Shown: piece after piece, positions 50,568 through 60,068 of the stretch
Layout: every line of letters begins with the position of its first letter
How positions within the stretch are numbered: position 1 is the first letter of the stretch
Origin: Dehalococcoidia bacterium
Lineage (GTDB): Bacteria > Chloroflexota > Dehalococcoidia > Lucifugimonadales > UBA3495
Length of the DNA stretch: 64,000 nucleotides
Direction of reading: 5' to 3'
Assembly: GCA_030740155.1 (NCBI GenBank)
Contig: JASLXV010000041.1
Span: forward strand, 1 to 64,000
Made by a program: the position numbers and the translations under genes
Notes under the pieces: model-generated
The model's database searches: none
What the model saw: only the letters and a program-made list of their open reading frames with translations
Told to the model about the DNA's origin: nothing

Positions 50568-51935
50568 TCATGGGTACTGCAGCTCTCCAAAGGCCCGCTG
50601 GACCACCTCCGGCAGGGCCGGATGCACGTAGATCGACTGGGTGATCGCGTCGGTGGTGAGGCCTAATCGCATGGCGTTGGCCACTTCCTGGATCAACACA
50701 GACGCGTCGGTGCCCACGATGTGGCTCCCCAATATCACTCCGGTATCCGGTCTGGCCAGCACCTTGACGAAGCCGTCCCGGTCATTGATGGATGAGCCGT
50801 AGGCGGTATCGAAGTAGTTGTAGGTGGCGGCGGCGTAGGGGATGCCCGAATCCCTGGCTTCCCGCTCGGTCAGGCCGACGCTGCCGACCTGGGGCGAGGC
50901 GAAGATCGCGTGGGGCATGGCGCGGTAGTCGACGGGCACCTTTTGGTCCGGATTGAAGATGTTGTTGGCCGCGTAGGCTGCCTCCAAGTTGGCGCTGTGC
51001 TTCAAGAGGTATTTGCCCACGATATCGCCCAGCGCCCAGACGCCGGGTACGCCGGTTTCGAGGTACTGGTCGGTTTGTACAAAGCCACGCCCGTCGATCT
51101 CCACGCCGGTTTCGGCCACGGCCAGGTTGTCGGTGTTGGGCACCCGGCCCGTCGCCAGCAAGAACGCGTCGGTGGCCACCTTCACGGTGTTTCCGCCCAT
51201 CGACACTTCCAGGGCGATCTCGTCTCCCTGCCGGTACGCCCGGGTGACCTGGGCGTTCAGCAGCAGGTTGAACTTTCGCTGGTACACCTCGGTGAAGCGC
51301 CGGGCCACGTCCTCGTCCTCGGCCCGGAGCATCGTGGCCCCCCGGTGGATGAGGGTCACCTCGGTTCCCAGGGCGCCGAAGAAGTGGGCCAGCTCCGCGG
51401 CGATGTACCCACCGCCCAGGATGGCCAGGCGGCGTGGCTGCTCCGGCAGCCTCAAGGCCTGGTCCGAGGTGATGTAGGGGACGTCGCTCAGGCCGGGAAT
51501 GCCGGGCACCCAGGGCCGCGTCCCGGCGGCGATAACCACGGTCTCCGCGCTGATTCGCTCCCCGTTGACCTCCAGGGCCTTCTTCCCCACGAAGCGGCCG
51601 GTGCCCTTGAACACGGTGATGTTGGAAGCTTGCCGGTTCCCCCTTTCTATCGCCGCGGCATCCGCATCGACTTCTTCAAACGCCCGCCGGATGATGAAAT
51701 CCCAGTCAATCGACTCCACGGTAGCCTTGATGCCAAAGAGTTCAGCCCGTTGGATGGTCTCCATCACATCGGCGCAGTGGATCAACATCTTGGAAGGGAT
51801 GCAGCCGCGGTTCAAACAGGTGCCGCCAAAGGGTCCTTCTTCGACCACGGCCACCGAGAGGCCCCGGTCCGAGGCTTCCGCGGATATCTCCAGGCCTGAG
51901 CCCGAACCGATTACCATGATGTCGAAGCTGTTCAC
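50568..51935 (-). CDS. Pyridine nucleotide-disulfide oxidoreductase (dihydrolipoamide dehydrogenase / mycothione reductase-like)
   Basis: GGTCLNRGCIPSK, GGGYIAAE, HPALPE; AGGAG before GTG 51935. Confidence 0.9.
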   Translation of the reverse strand: MNSFDIMVIGSGSGLEISAEASDRGLSVAVVEEGPFGGTCLNRGCIPSKMLIHCADVMETIQRAELFGIKATVESIDWDFIIRRAFEEVDADAAAIERGNRQASNITVFKGTGRFVGKKALEVNGERISAETVVIAAGTRPWVPGIPGLSDVPYITSDQALRLPEQPRRLAILGGGYIAAELAHFFGALGTEVTLIHRGATMLRAEDEDVARRFTEVYQRKFNLLLNAQVTRAYRQGDEIALEVSMGGNTVKVATDAFLLATGRVPNTDNLAVAETGVEIDGRGFVQTDQYLETGVPGVWALGDIVGKYLLKHSANLEAAYAANNIFNPDQKVPVDYRAMPHAIFASPQVGSVGLTEREARDSGIPYAAATYNYFDTAYGSSINDRDGFVKVLARPDTGVILGSHIVGTDASVLIQEVANAMRLGLTTDAITQSIYVHPALPEVVQRAFGELQYP

Positions 51936-52033
51936 ACGCCTGTCTCCTGGTTTCGGCAATAGCCGTTAACGATCATCCGTTCTTCCGAAGCCTGTCGAAA
52001 GGCCCGCGGCTGGTGGTTCGACAATCTCACCAC

Positions 52034-52195
52034 GAACGGTGTTGGTAGCGCCCATATTCTAAACGGTGTTGGTAACGCCCATCATCTCTACGGTGTTGGC
52101 AACGTCCACATTCTAAACGGTGTTGGTAATGCCCACCATCTAAACGGTGTTGGTAATGCCCATCATCGAAACGGTGCTGGTAACGCCGATTATCG
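52034..52195. repeat. Six tandem degenerate 27-bp units
   Basis: Consensus AAACGGTGTTGGTAACGCCCATCATCT; units start at 52034, 52061, 52088, 52115, 52142, 52169. Confidence 0.92.
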
Positions 52196-52205
52196 AAGGG
52201 AGATA

Positions 52206-54947
52206 CTAATCCAACTCGGCGGCCAGCCCGAGGATGCCCGCCTCGCCGCGGGAACCCAGGTGGACCCGGGCGACGCTCCGTCCCGCCGCCTGCAATGCTT
52301 CCAGGTCACCCACTGCCTGGGCGTCGGCCAAAACGCCGAAGGTATACGGCTCGCCGGGGATCGGGATATCCACCTGGTGGTCCGCCGTGAGCTGCAGGAA
52401 CATCCCAGAGCCGGGGCCTCCCTTGTGCAGTTGCCCCGTGGAGTGGAGAAAGCGGGGGCCGTATCCAAAGGTCGTGGCGACACCGTACCGTTCCATCACC
52501 TTGAGGCGCAGGGAGTCCAGGGCGGCATTCACCTCCGGTGTCTGATGGATGTAGGCCATGATGGCCAGGTAGCGGCCCGGCCCGGCGCCGGCCACCAGGC
52601 TCTTGAATGATGACGGGGGCTCCGAGGGGGGGAGATTGCCGGAGGCCCGGTATTGCTGCAGCACGCTCTCGGTCATCTCCTTGGCCGCCTGGACGTTGGG
52701 CTGGTCGAAGGGGTGGATGCCCAGAACGGCGCCGGCCACGACGGTGGCGAACTCCCATCGGAAGAACTCGGCGCCCAGGTCGTACCGGTCCGCGAGGGTC
52801 AGGCGCACCACGGGTTGCCCGGAGGCCTGGATTGCGTCGATGGCGGCGTCGGTAGGGGAGTTGTCGTCATCCTCCAGCCGGAGGTACACGAAGAGGCGGT
52901 CGTTGCCGTAGTGGCCGGGGGCCGATAGGGGTTCGCCCGCTATCGGGACTATACCCGTGCCCTCCTTGCCGGTGCTCTCGGCGATGAGTTGCTCGACCCA
53001 CAGCCCAAAGCCGCTGATGCCGGGAGAGGTGACCAGCGTGAGTTTGTCGCGGCCCTGACGGGCCAGCGTGCCCATGGCCGTCCCCAGCCAGGCGCCGGGG
53101 TTATCGTGGGCGGGAACACATGAGGCGCAGCCCTCACGCATCCGTTCTGCCCGGTCGAGCAATTTCCCGATGTCGATCCCGGAGAGGGCCGCGGGCACCA
53201 GCCCAAAGTAGGACAGCACCGAGTAGCGGCCGCCGATGTCCGGAGGGTTCAGGAAGACTCGCCGGAATCCCTTTTCCCGGGCCAGCTTCTCAAGCGGCGT
53301 TCCAGGATCGGTGACGGCGACGAAGTTCCCCCCGGCCTGCTCCGGCCCGGAAGCCTTCTCCACCAAGCCCCTGAAATGGGCGTAAAAGGTGTTGGGCTCG
53401 GTGGTGGAGCCGGACTTGGATGAGACCAGGAAAAGGGTGCGCGCCGGGTCGATGGCCTCGGTCACGTCCCGCACCCAACCCGGCACGGTGGAGTCGAGGA
53501 CGATGAGTTCAGGGTAGCCCGGGGCGCCTCCGAACGCCTGGCGCAGGACTTCGGGACCCAGGCTGCTGCCTCCCATGCCCAACAGCACCACGTGCCGGAA
53601 ACCGGCGTCGCGCACCTCGCGGGCGAAGGCGTCCAGCGCGGAGGCCTGCTCGCCCATGGCGTCGGTGACGGTGAGCCAGCCGAGGCGGTTGGTGATCTCG
53701 GTGGGGTCCGGCTTCCAAACTGTATGGTCCCCGCGCCAGAGGCGGCCCATTATATCGAGCCGCTGGTATTCGGCCAACGACGCTTCCACGTCGGGCAAGT
53801 AGCTCCCGAGGCTGACGCCGGGGTGAGCGTGGGGCCGGGCCAGCAGCCGGGTCTTCTTGTCCTCAATGTTCGCCAGCAGCGTCCGGAAGGACTCGGCAAA
53901 GGACGCCAAGCCGTCGGCCAGCAGCTTCGCCGTGACTCGCTCCATGTCGATGCCGGCGGCGGCCAGGCTCTGGGTCAGCCGCGCTGCCTCGTCCACCTCC
54001 TGCTCCAGCGTGCCGGCGGAGCTGCCGTGGTCCAGGAAGGCGCTGAGGGTCGCCGGCGGTACGGTATTCACGGTGTCGGGGCCGATCAGTGACTCCACAT
54101 ACAGGATGTCGCTGTAGGCCGGGCTCTTGGTGCCGGTGCTGGCCCATAGGGGACGCTGCACCCGGGCCCCTCTTCCTCGCAGCGCGGCGAAGCGCTCATC
54201 ACCGAACAGCACCTTGAAATCCCGGTAAGCCAACCTGGCGTTGGCGATGGCCGCCTTTCCCAGCAGGCCCTTCAACTCCTCCCGGCCCTCGCGGATGCCG
54301 TCCTCCAACTGTCCGTCGACCGCGGTGTCCACCCGGCTGACGAAGAAGGACGCCACCGAGGCGACCCGGCTCAGGTCTCCACCGGACTGGGCCAGGTCCT
54401 CCAGCCCGGCAATGTAGGCCTCGGCCACCTGCTTGTAGGCGTCCAGGGAGAAGATCAGCGTCACGTTGATGTTGATCCCATGGCCGATGAGGTGACGGAT
54501 GGCGGGTATTCCCTCAGGGGTGGCCGGCACCTTCACCATCACGTTGGGGCGGCCCAAGGCGGCGAAGAGCCGCTTGGCCTCAGAGATGGTTTCCCCGGTG
54601 TCGTGGGCCAGCTCCGGGCTCACTTCCAGGGAGGCGTAGCCGTCGGCGCCGCCGGTCCGGTCGTACACGGGCTTCAGCAGGTCCGCGGCGGCCTGGATGT
54701 CTTCAATGGCCAGCGCTTCGAAAAGCTCCTGGGTGCTCTTGGCGTCTTGGGCCAGCCCCAGCAGCGCCTCATCGTAGTCGGTGCTGCCGGCAATGGCCTT
54801 CTCGAATATGGTGGGGTTGGAGGTCACACCGCTCACCCCGACGTCGATCATCTGCTGGAGTTCGCCGGACCGGATCAGGCCCCGCCGGATGTTGTCGTAC
54901 CAGACTGATTGGCCAAGGAGTTGGACTTCCTGGAGGGGATTGGTCAT
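52206..54947 (-). CDS. tal-pgi: Bifunctional transaldolase / phosphoglucose isomerase
   Basis: GVTSNPTIF, VMVKVPAT, ASFFVSRVD, then GMGGSSLG, GGRYS, FDQPNV, HSTGQLHKGG. Confidence 0.95.
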   Translation of the reverse strand: MTNPLQEVQLLGQSVWYDNIRRGLIRSGELQQMIDVGVSGVTSNPTIFEKAIAGSTDYDEALLGLAQDAKSTQELFEALAIEDIQAAADLLKPVYDRTGGADGYASLEVSPELAHDTGETISEAKRLFAALGRPNVMVKVPATPEGIPAIRHLIGHGININVTLIFSLDAYKQVAEAYIAGLEDLAQSGGDLSRVASVASFFVSRVDTAVDGQLEDGIREGREELKGLLGKAAIANARLAYRDFKVLFGDERFAALRGRGARVQRPLWASTGTKSPAYSDILYVESLIGPDTVNTVPPATLSAFLDHGSSAGTLEQEVDEAARLTQSLAAAGIDMERVTAKLLADGLASFAESFRTLLANIEDKKTRLLARPHAHPGVSLGSYLPDVEASLAEYQRLDIMGRLWRGDHTVWKPDPTEITNRLGWLTVTDAMGEQASALDAFAREVRDAGFRHVVLLGMGGSSLGPEVLRQAFGGAPGYPELIVLDSTVPGWVRDVTEAIDPARTLFLVSSKSGSTTEPNTFYAHFRGLVEKASGPEQAGGNFVAVTDPGTPLEKLAREKGFRRVFLNPPDIGGRYSVLSYFGLVPAALSGIDIGKLLDRAERMREGCASCVPAHDNPGAWLGTAMGTLARQGRDKLTLVTSPGISGFGLWVEQLIAESTGKEGTGIVPIAGEPLSAPGHYGNDRLFVYLRLEDDDNSPTDAAIDAIQASGQPVVRLTLADRYDLGAEFFRWEFATVVAGAVLGIHPFDQPNVQAAKEMTESVLQQYRASGNLPPSEPPSSFKSLVAGAGPGRYLAIMAYIHQTPEVNAALDSLRLKVMERYGVATTFGYGPRFLHSTGQLHKGGPGSGMFLQLTADHQVDIPIPGEPYTFGVLADAQAVGDLEALQAAGRSVARVHLGSRGEAGILGLAAELD

Positions 54948-54950
54948 GGG

Positions 54951-56963
54951 CTAACTCCTCTTCACCAGGCTCGCCGCCTCTCGAGCCATCCGCTCGGCGG
55001 TGAGGTCGAATTTCTCGTAAAGCACCCCGATCGGGGCCGAGGCGCCGAAGTGGGGGAGACCGAGGGCGACACCGTCCAGCCCAACGTACCGCTCCCACCC
55101 CAGGGGTGTGGCCGCTTCGATGGAAACTCGCGCTCGCACGTTGGGCGTTAAAACGCTGTCCCGGTACTCCGCCGGCTGGGCGTCGAACAGCTCCCAGGAA
55201 GGCAACGAGACCACCCGGGCCATCACGCCCCGGTCTCGCAACAACTGCCCCGCCTCGAGGGCGATGTGGACCTCGGAGCCGGTGCCGATGAGAATGGCGT
55301 CCGGCTTGTCCGACGCCTCCCAGATTACGTAGCCACCTCGTTGGACGCCTTCGGCCTTGGGGTAGGCGCCCCGGTCCAGCACCGGAAGGTTCTGGCGGCT
55401 CATCACCAGGGCGGTCGGGCCGCTTCGGCGCTGGACGGCCGCTTTCCACGCCTCAACCGCCTCGGTGGCGTCGGCGGGGCGGAGCACCACCAGGTTGGGG
55501 ATGGCCCGCAGGGCCAAGAGTTGCTCGATGGGCTGGTGGGTTGGCCCGTCCTCTCCCAGGCCGATGGAGTCGTGGGTGAAGACGTAGGCCACCCGCAGGT
55601 CCATCAGGGCGGCCAGCCGCATGGGCGGCCGCATATAGTCGGAGAAGATCAGGAAAGTGGCGGTGTACGGGATGGCGCCTCCATGCAGCGCCATTCCGTT
55701 GGCGATGGCGCCCATGGCGTGCTCCCGGACGCCGAAGTGCAGGTTATGGCCGGAGTGATCCTCGGCCCCATAGTGGCCCCGGCCGTCGAGGATGGTCTTG
55801 GTCGAAGGGGCCAGGTCCGCCGAGCCGCCGGTGAAGGAGTGCACCGTCTTGGCAAGGGCGTTCATCACCCGGCCCGAAGCCTCCCGGGTCGACACCGGCT
55901 TGTCCCCGGCGTGGAACAGCCCGTCCAGGCCCCAGGCCCAACCCTCCGGCAGGTCCCCTTGCAGCGCTTCCTCAAGCTGCGCGGCCTCGGCCGGGTGGGC
56001 CTGGCGGTAGGCCTCCATGCGGACCTGCCATTCCTCCTGGCAGTGGCGGCCTCTGTCCTGGGCTTGGCGGAAGTGTTCCAGGGCCTCCTCGGGGACGGTG
56101 AAGGGTTCTGGTGAAGACCAGCCCAACTGGGCCTTGGTCAGCTGAATCTCCTCATCACCCAGCGGCTCGCCGTGGGCCGCAGCGGTGCCCGCCTTGTTGG
56201 GGCTGCCGTAGCCGATGACGGTGTGGCAGACAATCAGGCTCGGCTTGGTGGTCTCCGCCTGCGCCGAGCGGATCCCCGAATCCACGCTGCCCGGGTCCAT
56301 CCCGTCTATCGGGCCGGCGACGTGCCAGCCGTAGGCCCGGAACCGCTGCGCCACGTCTTCGGTGAAGGAGATGTCGGTGCTGCCCTCTATCGAAATGTCG
56401 TTGTCGTCGTAGAGGTAGATCAGCTTTCCCAGGCGCAGCGTTCCCGCCAGGGAGGCTGCCTCGGAGGCGACTCCTTCCTGCAGGTCGCCGTCGGAGACGA
56501 TGGCGTAGGTGTAATGGCTGACGATATCGTGACCGGGCCGGTTATAGTGCTCGGCCAGCCACCGCTCGGCCATGGCCATCCCGACTCCGTGGGCAAATCC
56601 CTGGCCCAGGGGACCCGTGGTCATCTCGACGCCGGGGGTCAGGCCGTACTCCGGGTGTCCCGGTGTCTTGCTGCCCCACTGCCGGAACTGCTTCAGCTCG
56701 TCCATTGGCAAGTCGTAGCCGGTGAGGTGCAGGAGCGCATAGAGCATGGCCGAGGCGTGACCCGGTGAAAGGAGGAACCGGTCCCGGTCCGGCCATTGGG
56801 GGTCCCCCGGGTTGTGCTTGAGGAACCGGTCCCACAACACGTAAGCCAGGGGAGCCGCCCCCATGGGCGCCCCGGGGTGTCCGGACTTGGCCTGCTGCAC
56901 GGCGTCCACCGCCAGGAACCGCATTGTGTTGATACAGAGCTCGTCAAGCTTGGGGTCGGTCAT
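54951..56963 (-). CDS. tkt: Transketolase
   Basis: [40 protein letters not shown]. Confidence 0.98.
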   Translation of the reverse strand: MTDPKLDELCINTMRFLAVDAVQQAKSGHPGAPMGAAPLAYVLWDRFLKHNPGDPQWPDRDRFLLSPGHASAMLYALLHLTGYDLPMDELKQFRQWGSKTPGHPEYGLTPGVEMTTGPLGQGFAHGVGMAMAERWLAEHYNRPGHDIVSHYTYAIVSDGDLQEGVASEAASLAGTLRLGKLIYLYDDNDISIEGSTDISFTEDVAQRFRAYGWHVAGPIDGMDPGSVDSGIRSAQAETTKPSLIVCHTVIGYGSPNKAGTAAAHGEPLGDEEIQLTKAQLGWSSPEPFTVPEEALEHFRQAQDRGRHCQEEWQVRMEAYRQAHPAEAAQLEEALQGDLPEGWAWGLDGLFHAGDKPVSTREASGRVMNALAKTVHSFTGGSADLAPSTKTILDGRGHYGAEDHSGHNLHFGVREHAMGAIANGMALHGGAIPYTATFLIFSDYMRPPMRLAALMDLRVAYVFTHDSIGLGEDGPTHQPIEQLLALRAIPNLVVLRPADATEAVEAWKAAVQRRSGPTALVMSRQNLPVLDRGAYPKAEGVQRGGYVIWEASDKPDAILIGTGSEVHIALEAGQLLRDRGVMARVVSLPSWELFDAQPAEYRDSVLTPNVRARVSIEAATPLGWERYVGLDGVALGLPHFGASAPIGVLYEKFDLTAERMAREAASLVKRS

Positions 56964-57359
56964 GCTCAGCTCCTCGGGATGATTTTGGCCGGTAGGCCTC
57001 GGTCTCCCGACCGGGTCTAACCTATATCATCCGGCAGATTTCTGCATTGATCAACCATCCGCCAAAGTTGATCGGCCCCGTGGAAAAGCATTCCTCGCAA
57101 CCCTCGCGACGGCCGGTTTCATTTTGGAGCGCGGGCCTGCGCGTTTCACGAATGCCGGGGACCGGGAATTCTGCTGCTATTAGGCCCCACCACCGACGAA
57201 TACCGGGTGTGCTCCCCGATAGCTGGAGAGAGTTATAGCGCTGCGTCAAACTAGATGCTGACTATCGCCATTCCGAGCGAGGCGAGGAATCTCAGCGTAA
57301 CTATGAGGTTCATGGCTCCGTTCGGAACGACATCATCCAACAGCTAAGCTGACTGAGTG

Positions 57360-58571
57360 CTAGTCTCCTTTGTACCCGCGGCTTCCCTCGGTCTTCTCCA
57401 GGTATTGCCGGATCATCAGGGCGGCGGTGGCCCCCTCTCCCACGGCGGCGGCGACCTGTTTCGTGCTGCCGGCCCGTACATCTCCGGCGGCGAAGACGCC
57501 CTCGATGTTGGTCTCCAGGCTCATGCTGGTCTGGATGAACCCCCACTTGTCCAGGTCAACGGCGCCGCGAACGAAGTCGACGTTCGGGTCCAGGCCGATG
57601 AAAACAAAGACCGGTCCCGGCGTCAGTTCTTCGATCTCACCGGTATCCCCGGACTTGACCAGCACCGAGCTGAGCTTGCCGTTGCCTTGGAAACCCTCGA
57701 CCGTGGTGTTCAGCCTGATCTCCATCTGCGGATGGCTGGCCGCTTTCTCCTGAAGTATCTGGCTCGCGCCAAGGCGGTCCCGCACCTCCAGCACGGTAAC
57801 TTTCGTGGCGAATTTGGTGAGGAACAAACCCTCTTCGACGCCGCTGTTGCCGCCGCCGACGACCACCACCATCTCCTGGCCTTTGTAGAACGGGCCATCG
57901 CAGGTGGCGCAGAAGTGGATGCCCGCTCCAATGAAGTCCTCTTCGCCCGGCACGCCCAGCCGGCGGTACCGGCTGCCGGTGGCCAGCAAGATGGCGCGGG
58001 AACAGTACTCGTCCCCGCCATCGGTGCGGACCATCCCGTATTCCCCCTCAGACCCGATGCCGGTCACTCCCCGAGCCGGGAGTATCTCGACGCCGAAGCG
58101 CTCCGCCTGGGTCTTCATTTCGTCGGCCAACTCCGCTCCGTGCACGCCCTTGGAGAACCCCGGATAGTTCTCGATCTGCTCGGTGGACCCCGCCTGCCCG
58201 CCCACGGTGCTACGTTCGATGATGAGCGTGTCCATTCCCTCGCGGGCGGCGTAAATGGCCGCCGTCAACCCGGCCGGGCCCCCACCCACGACGATCAGGT
58301 CGTAGAACTCTCGCTTGGCCCTTGGGCTGATCCCCAGTTTGGCGGCTATCTCTGAGTTGGTAGGCTCAACTAGAATCGAGCCATCCTCGAATATGATGGT
58401 GGGGATGATCTGCTTGCCGTTGTTGGCCTGCTGGACGTACCGCCTGCCCTCCTCGTCAAAATCGATGTCGACCCAGTTGTAGGGAACGCGCTGCTCCCCC
58501 AGAAACTGTTTGGACTTCTTGCAATCGGGGCACCAGGGCGCCCCGTACACTGTAATTTTAGCATCAGGCAT
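57360..58571 (-). CDS. trxB: Thioredoxin reductase with N-terminal glutaredoxin-like domain
   Basis: YGAPWCPDC domain, then GGGPAG, IENYPGF, CATCDG, GGGNS, FAAGD. Confidence 0.93.
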   Translation of the reverse strand: MPDAKITVYGAPWCPDCKKSKQFLGEQRVPYNWVDIDFDEEGRRYVQQANNGKQIIPTIIFEDGSILVEPTNSEIAAKLGISPRAKREFYDLIVVGGGPAGLTAAIYAAREGMDTLIIERSTVGGQAGSTEQIENYPGFSKGVHGAELADEMKTQAERFGVEILPARGVTGIGSEGEYGMVRTDGGDEYCSRAILLATGSRYRRLGVPGEEDFIGAGIHFCATCDGPFYKGQEMVVVVGGGNSGVEEGLFLTKFATKVTVLEVRDRLGASQILQEKAASHPQMEIRLNTTVEGFQGNGKLSSVLVKSGDTGEIEELTPGPVFVFIGLDPNVDFVRGAVDLDKWGFIQTSMSLETNIEGVFAAGDVRAGSTKQVAAAVGEGATAALMIRQYLEKTEGSRGYKGD

Positions 58572-59166
58572 GGGTCTACCTCCAACGACTGGCGATCTGG
58601 GCGCTAATAATACTTGCTTCCGCCTCAAACTCGGAAAACAATCGGCGCAGGCGAGAGTCTATCCGGAAATCACTTCCTCTCGAGCTGATGGTCGCGCCCT
58701 CCCGCTATACCGGTTCTTGGAATCTCTTCATCGCTTCCCCACGGCCGTGAAGCGTTACGAGTGTCCGCTTTAGGAAGCTTTATTCTAGCAGAATGGCTGA
58801 GTCGTAGGCAATCGAGCGTCATTTCAGGGCTACGCAATCGACTTGCCGTGGCGGTTTCAGTCAATTGATCCTTCGGCATACCGGGAGCGATTTCGGAGGG
58901 CGCGCTGACGCCGTCCCGGAACGTTTCGCGGCTCGGTGTTCGCTTCGCGCCCGGTGGCGGTGAACTGCCGGGACGCACGTGGCCCTGCTTGGGAGACCGG
59001 GTGGAGATAGCAGCCACAGCTTCGCGGGCCTGGCCGCTAGGAAGCGCCGGGAATACGCCACATCACAGTGTGATCAGACAACCATTATGATGCCGGGCGG
59101 AAGCCACTCGATTCGAAGGTTCGACCAAGCACCTTCCCGGCGAAGGCCGGTACGGCGCGGGGGGTT

Positions 59167-59451
59167 CTAGGCCACGGGAACACTGCCTCGCCAGAGAGAC
59201 TCTGTGTCCCAGCGGGTCCGGCGCGCGGTGCATGTCGGGCAGAGGCAGCCCCGCTTATCTTCAAAGACCGGGTGGAGCACAGCCCTGATTACATCGGCCG
59301 TGGTGAGGCCGTGGGCGGCGGCCTGTTCGCACATGCCCTGGAGAGCCCCGCGCGCGGTTTCAACACTCTCGAATGACGTCGCTTCCCCGCGCAGCAGCCC
59401 ATTGACCACACCGCGCACCTGAGAGACCTCCATTCGTTCGCTCTGGCCCAT
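59167..59451 (-). CDS. Small hypothetical protein with CxCxxC
   Basis: Strong GGAGGAGG RBS; GCLCPTC motif. Confidence 0.65.
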   Translation of the reverse strand: MGQSERMEVSQVRGVVNGLLRGEATSFESVETARGALQGMCEQAAAHGLTTADVIRAVLHPVFEDKRGCLCPTCTARRTRWDTESLWRGSVPVA

Positions 59452-59549
59452 CACCTGTTCCCTCCTCCCCCGTGTTGTCATAATGCAGGGCAAGCCGGCT
59501 CTTCTCGGGTCTCGCCCCTTGATTTTCGATTCAGTCCCCGAGTCCGGCC

Positions 59550-59744
59550 CTAGGCGGCTACCGCTTCCTCCCGGCCGACAGCGACGGCTTGGGTGCCGGA
59601 ACCTGAACTCGCTCCCCTGATAAGGGTGTCTTCGGGCTCAGTCAGATAACGGCTGCACTGCAAGCAGGCGACGTACGCCCCGTAAACATCTTTGCTTTCA
59701 TAGAGATCACCTTGACACTTGGGGCATGCCTTCAACCAGAACAT
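59550..59744 (-). CDS. Small zinc-ribbon-like protein
   Basis: CPKC...CLQC; GGAG upstream of ATG 59744. Confidence 0.8.
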   Translation of the reverse strand: MFWLKACPKCQGDLYESKDVYGAYVACLQCSRYLTEPEDTLIRGASSGSGTQAVAVGREEAVAA

Positions 59745-59866
59745 GTGCTCAACACTCCGTATTTGTGGTTCCGGTGGGTCATTGCCTACCGTCCAATTCA
59801 TCCGATTGAACTTATAGTAAACCCCTGAAACCGGGCGGACATCGCCCAATTAACCTATTTCAGATA

Positions 59867-59899
59867 GCAAAAAGGTTGATGCCTCGATCAACCTTTTGC
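59867..59899. terminator. Probable intrinsic terminator
   Basis: GCAAAAAGGTTGAT-GCCTCG-ATCAACCTTTTGC downstream of the 60069-61325 gene. Confidence 0.65.
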
Positions 59900-60068
59900 G
59901 GGAACGGGGAGGCGGATGCCGGTGTCCGCCTCTTGGATGACAGGCCTTCCTCCAGACGATGGAGCGCGAGCCGGCCGTGGGACGCGTGACGGCCCGCCGG
60001 CTTCGCTCCACCTGTTCCGGGACCACGACAACGGCGAAGGCCGTGTGAAGCGGTCCCGGACCAGGTGG

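Noticed and set aside
52034..52195. CRISPR array
   Set aside because: Units are contiguous with no unique spacers, and no cas genes are present
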